Shown: positions 59,845 through 64,000 of the stretch, one piece after another
Position numbering within the stretch: the first letter of the stretch is position 1
How the letters are laid out: every line of letters begins with the position of its first letter
Source: Perkinsus chesapeaki ATCC PRA-425
Lineage: Eukaryota > Protista > Perkinsozoa
NCBI GenBank assembly: GCA_013115145.1
Contig: JAAPAO010000062.1
Coordinates: forward strand, 1-64,000
Length of the DNA: 64,000 bases
Direction of reading: 5' to 3'
Notes under the pieces: model-generated
Told to the model about the DNA's origin: nothing
The model's database searches: none
What the model saw: only the letters and a program-made list of their open reading frames with translations
Translations under genes and position numbers: made by a program

Positions 59845-62800
59845 TCAGACATGGCGATGAAAAAGCTCCGCTCGTGCAGCGAATTTCCGTTTAATCTCTC
59901 TCTGAGCCAACTGAAGTCTTCGTTCCACCTGAAGCATGTGCCTTCTGCCATCGACACTCTTGGAACTGTTCTCTCTGGCAAGAGCCAAATCCTCCTCCAA
60001 GTCGTGGACCTCCATACGGCTGGCCTGAACAGTCAACAGAGCCGACGGAAGCAAACGGTGGCGGTAACGTAGGGGGATAGAGAGTATGAATATAAAGAGG
60101 TCGCACAGGTACTGCTGAGGACCGTCGGATGGAACAGGCTCCGATCCTGTTCCTACGATCCTGAGAATCGTTTCGCCGAAAGAAGCCGTAACGCATCCCA
60201 AAGCACCGCTGCGGAGTTGGCCGCGAGTTTCGACGGCACGCCTCCCCCACCCTACCAGCTCCTCCAGGTATCCAGCGAGCGATGGTGGCAACTCTTCTAG
60301 ATAATCATAACCACTAAAGATTGCCTCGGTGATTCTGGTAGTGAGTTTTGGATCAATCTTTGCTAGAAGTTCAAGTGCCTGTTCTATCGCATCGATCAGA
60401 GACTTCTGAATCTGACAAAATCAAAGCCTTCGCGAAAATCAGACAGCGTGGGGTTCAATATACATAATTGAGCTCAAATAACTCTTTGTAAAGGCCTAGT
60501 GCTGCCTGTCAACAACTACCACCCTTCATTAAGAATTGGTAACGATACAGTACTAATCCAATACATTAACGTTTGCTTAATTCTCCAACATTTTACCAAT
60601 AAAGTTTTTGTCGATAAGATGACATTTAATAGCATCCCAAATATTAACATTTTACTAACATTATAATATTATTAATTGATAATATCTATCCACGGTTTTC
60701 ATTAAGTTAGGGCCCACTACCTGCAAACTTCTTATTGCGACTCAGTTACATCTCCAGACTAACAAGATCATTCGAAGTTGCCAGGCGAACGTATTGAAGA
60801 GATCAGGTACAAAGTGTAACAGTGAATGGAGTGTTATATAGTACCAAAGTAGTAAATTTATAGTACTGTATAGTACTTATAGTATAGCATATTACTGTAT
60901 TACTATTACTATAGACGTAGTATAGTACTGAAGTCTTATATAGTAGACCCCGGTAAAACGTGCAGCAGACTGCAGCACATTACAGTAGTACAGGTACTCA
61001 TGTGTCCATCAACTACTGTAGAACTAAGCTAAGAGTGAGTAATGAATACCCATATGAACTACCAGCAATCAACTACTCCATTTACAGGACTACCAAGTAA
61101 GCCAAAAGTACAAGTCTACCCCAGTCCACCACCGTTCCCCACGGGAACCTCACCGTTCCTTCGCCACATAGAAGGTTATTATGCTCGGATACTAGAGTCC
61201 CTATGCACTGTGCCAGCTGCTCATGCGCAGCATCACTTTCAGATTTCGTTTTCTCTCTGTAACGCTCGAATGCTTCATCAACTGTGGCCAGGATGTCACC
61301 GGCCTGCGTACCACCAGCAGCCTTTTCCCTGAAATCATTCCGCGGTATCTTGTCAAACTGTCAAATTATCGAGGCAACAGTGAATCAAGAATCCCAGGAC
61401 CAGGGCACACGGAGAGGCCCCTAAGAAGTGTACATTCGGGAGGGGGGCTCTCTGTAACGTAATTTCTCTGCCAACTTGGAGTACCACTAAAATGGTACCT
61501 GCGTCATTAAAATGGATGAATTTGCGGTGATAACTCTAAATGGTGGAATATGAACTTTTTGCTGAATTACTAAATTTTCTCGGAGAGGTCTAAGCGGGAA
61601 CTCAGCAAAGAATGTGACCCGCTAGAAGATCCACCTGATGAGTTGTTCAATAACGGATGACTTGGAGCCATTCATAGCACTGCCTACCACAGCACTCGCC
61701 GTCTGCTCGATATCAGGGAAGCAGAGTCTGCAGCAAAGATTACTATTGAACCATGGAAAGAGGTCTCACTGTATTCGATCAGCAGCCGTGTCCCTTTCTG
61801 ATTTCTGCAAGCCGTTCGATCTCAGCACTACAGGGTCCATAGACTTCTTGAGAGAAGTCACTGAGGAATTATCACGTAAAAAGATTGCCTCAAGATTATG
61901 GGTAAGAAGTACGATAACGTAGCATGGAATCTTGAGGGTAAAATTTATCAAACTGTTCATGAAGCACAACTCATAATCTCTCCACCACTTTCGACCAGGT
62001 CGACTGTCTAGGTGAATGACAATAGCTCGTCTGCATTCTTTCGAAAAGGTTTCGCATCGGCATCCATGGATACACACCCAATGTTGCCCCAATGCAAGGA
62101 AAGCGCAGCTCGCGCTTTTAGGATTCCAGGGCCCCCCGCGGCTGATTGGCAGTCAGCAGCAACTCCTCCACGCCGGAAACGTCGACAAAGCGACGATTTC
62201 GACCCTCACCCCGCAGTAGCTGCTTCCGCTTATCTTGAACATCTTGAAAAGCATTAGTTAATGCCTGAGTAGCAAACCACTGCATAGCCATTCAACACAT
62301 GCGTATTTGAAGATCCATAAGTGATAATAGCATTTCTATACAATTCTATCCGCCTTGCTTTCGCCACTATGACCCCCAAGCACTGTACATCATCCGACCG
62401 ACTCGGTGGGGAGCTACCTGATTAGACCAGTTGGATTCGGTCACTTCCGGGGACCCTCGCTTTGCACGTTCCCCGACTATCGACACCACTTTCTTCGATA
62501 AATCGACTCTCTCGGCACCCAACCTGACTCGACACTCCTCGGCTGCAACCCTACTGTGAAGTGTCGATCCATGGCAGTTACCTCTTCCGGGCTTCATCCG
62601 TATGATCTGATATTTCCTTCACCAGTCTAGCTACTCTCCTACTGTGGCCATCTGACCGAATATTTATGCTCTCCCTCGACGGTATCAGCTCCGCTATCTC
62701 GTTCACCCCTCCGCCGGGCCGTTCAATGCAACCACCCTCTGAGCATAAGGCCTCTAAACGTCTACAGGTATCATACCACACTTTACCCTGTTGCTCGAGC

Positions 62801-63900
62801 CGGTGCACATCCTTGAGCATATCAGCACCTCCTCGGCAGGTACGTTCCAAATTGGACGCAAAGCCTTCTAGTGCATCGGTCAGAGCCCTGAGATGTGCCT
62901 TTACAATAATTATTGCGCCACTTAAACCTCCTCGTATTCTACCCCTCGATTTTGTGGAGTGCAGCACAATATTCTTCCGACAGATGAGTCGTTATAAAAT
63001 TATCCGACCACAGAGGCTACAGTCTAGAACGTGGTTGCCCTCCCGAAACTTACCCATACCATCGCCACTGGGCCTCATGCGCTTGGGACAGGATATTTTG
63101 TACCTGACAAAGATGAACTCACGTGGAGTAAAGTGACAGAGGCTAGTTCAAAAAGCACTCCGAATGCCTGCAGATCATCAGCAGGCCTAAGATAGGTTTC
63201 AGACAAAATCAGTTGTTTATATTATACTTGCTAAGTTCATATAAGCATAACAAGTTTCCTACACTACATTCATACAGCTGCTATCATAAGGTTCACTATC
63301 AACCATTATCGCTAATACAAATCCACACTCTCTCAAGCTCAACGTAGGATAATACTGTATTTCGTCTGCCTGGTGGCTCACTCAAGTTCAATGGGGAGCA
63401 TTCTTCCAGCAGGTGACTTGCCTCCGACATCGACAATCTTAAAAGCTCCTGCAGCTCCTCTCGTGCGAACTCATCCGTTTGCTGGTGATGATGCTGTCTC
63501 AAGAATGCCTCCAACGCCTTGTACTAAAACAGGAATGCTCTGGATAAATTAGACATGACCCTACCATGGCCCTCTGCTGCTCCTCCGCCCACTCATTGCG
63601 GCATTTTGTAAGTTCGTTTTCTATTTCCCCAGTGGCTCTCTCCATCGACTCGGAGCATTCGCGATCTACCTGCATCGAGATCATCATTAGGCCACAATTG
63701 AACGATGTACCGCGGACAGTCGGATGCTGAATAAAGGGGAAATAATACGCAGTAAAACTGGGCTGGAAGCTTTGTATAGGTTCTCCTGTTTAAGCTGGGG
63801 AAGCATGTCAACGATGATGATGACGAATCTCATTCTGATGAACTCATCGCGTGACCGCACTTTTGAACATATCAGTGAATTGGGTCTCAGACTGGCCACT
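59845..63900 (-). CDS. Hypothetical multi-exon coiled-coil protein (one or more genes; boundaries uncertain)
   Basis: Chain of minus-strand Glu/Arg/Leu-rich helical segments (63499-63687, 63299-63514, 62578-62967, 59845-60291) separated by AT-rich intron-like DNA. Confidence 0.35.
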
Positions 63901-64000
63901 AGCGGCCAACTGTAAGGCCGATATTACTCTCACTTGCACTTACGACTGAGAACCCATACGATATACCACCGCATAGTCCACGAAAGCAGTTGTTGCTATA

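Overview
This is eukaryotic, gene-dense genomic DNA with many short GT-AG introns. The gene content (apicomplexan-like PNP and plasmepsin V-like protease, intronless subtilisin and aspartyl-protease families) points to a myzozoan alveolate, most likely a Perkinsus species; this is inference, not a database result. Protein genes recognisable by motif are an S8 subtilisin, a TTC29-like TPR protein, a UBA2-like RRM protein, an RlmD/TrmA-family protein with a degenerate active site, a GLTSCR1-like protein, a nitronate monooxygenase ending in SKL, a plasmepsin V-like protease, a SUT/SLC45 sugar transporter, aspartate carbamoyltransferase fused to a PyrI-type zinc motif, an RNASEK-like protein, a TMEM115-like protein, Tim23, ALG1, a Chtop/FoP-like protein, RPL18a, PNP, a double-domain aspartyl protease and an FkbM methyltransferase. 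The last two form a tandemly duplicated unit in which each copy has lost a different gene. RNA genes are three dispersed U3 snoRNA copies and two tRNAs (Val-CAC, Phe-GAA), both nested in introns. Several unexplained hairpins and self-complementary elements are also present. Exon structures were assembled by eye, so gene ends, especially starts, are approximate.
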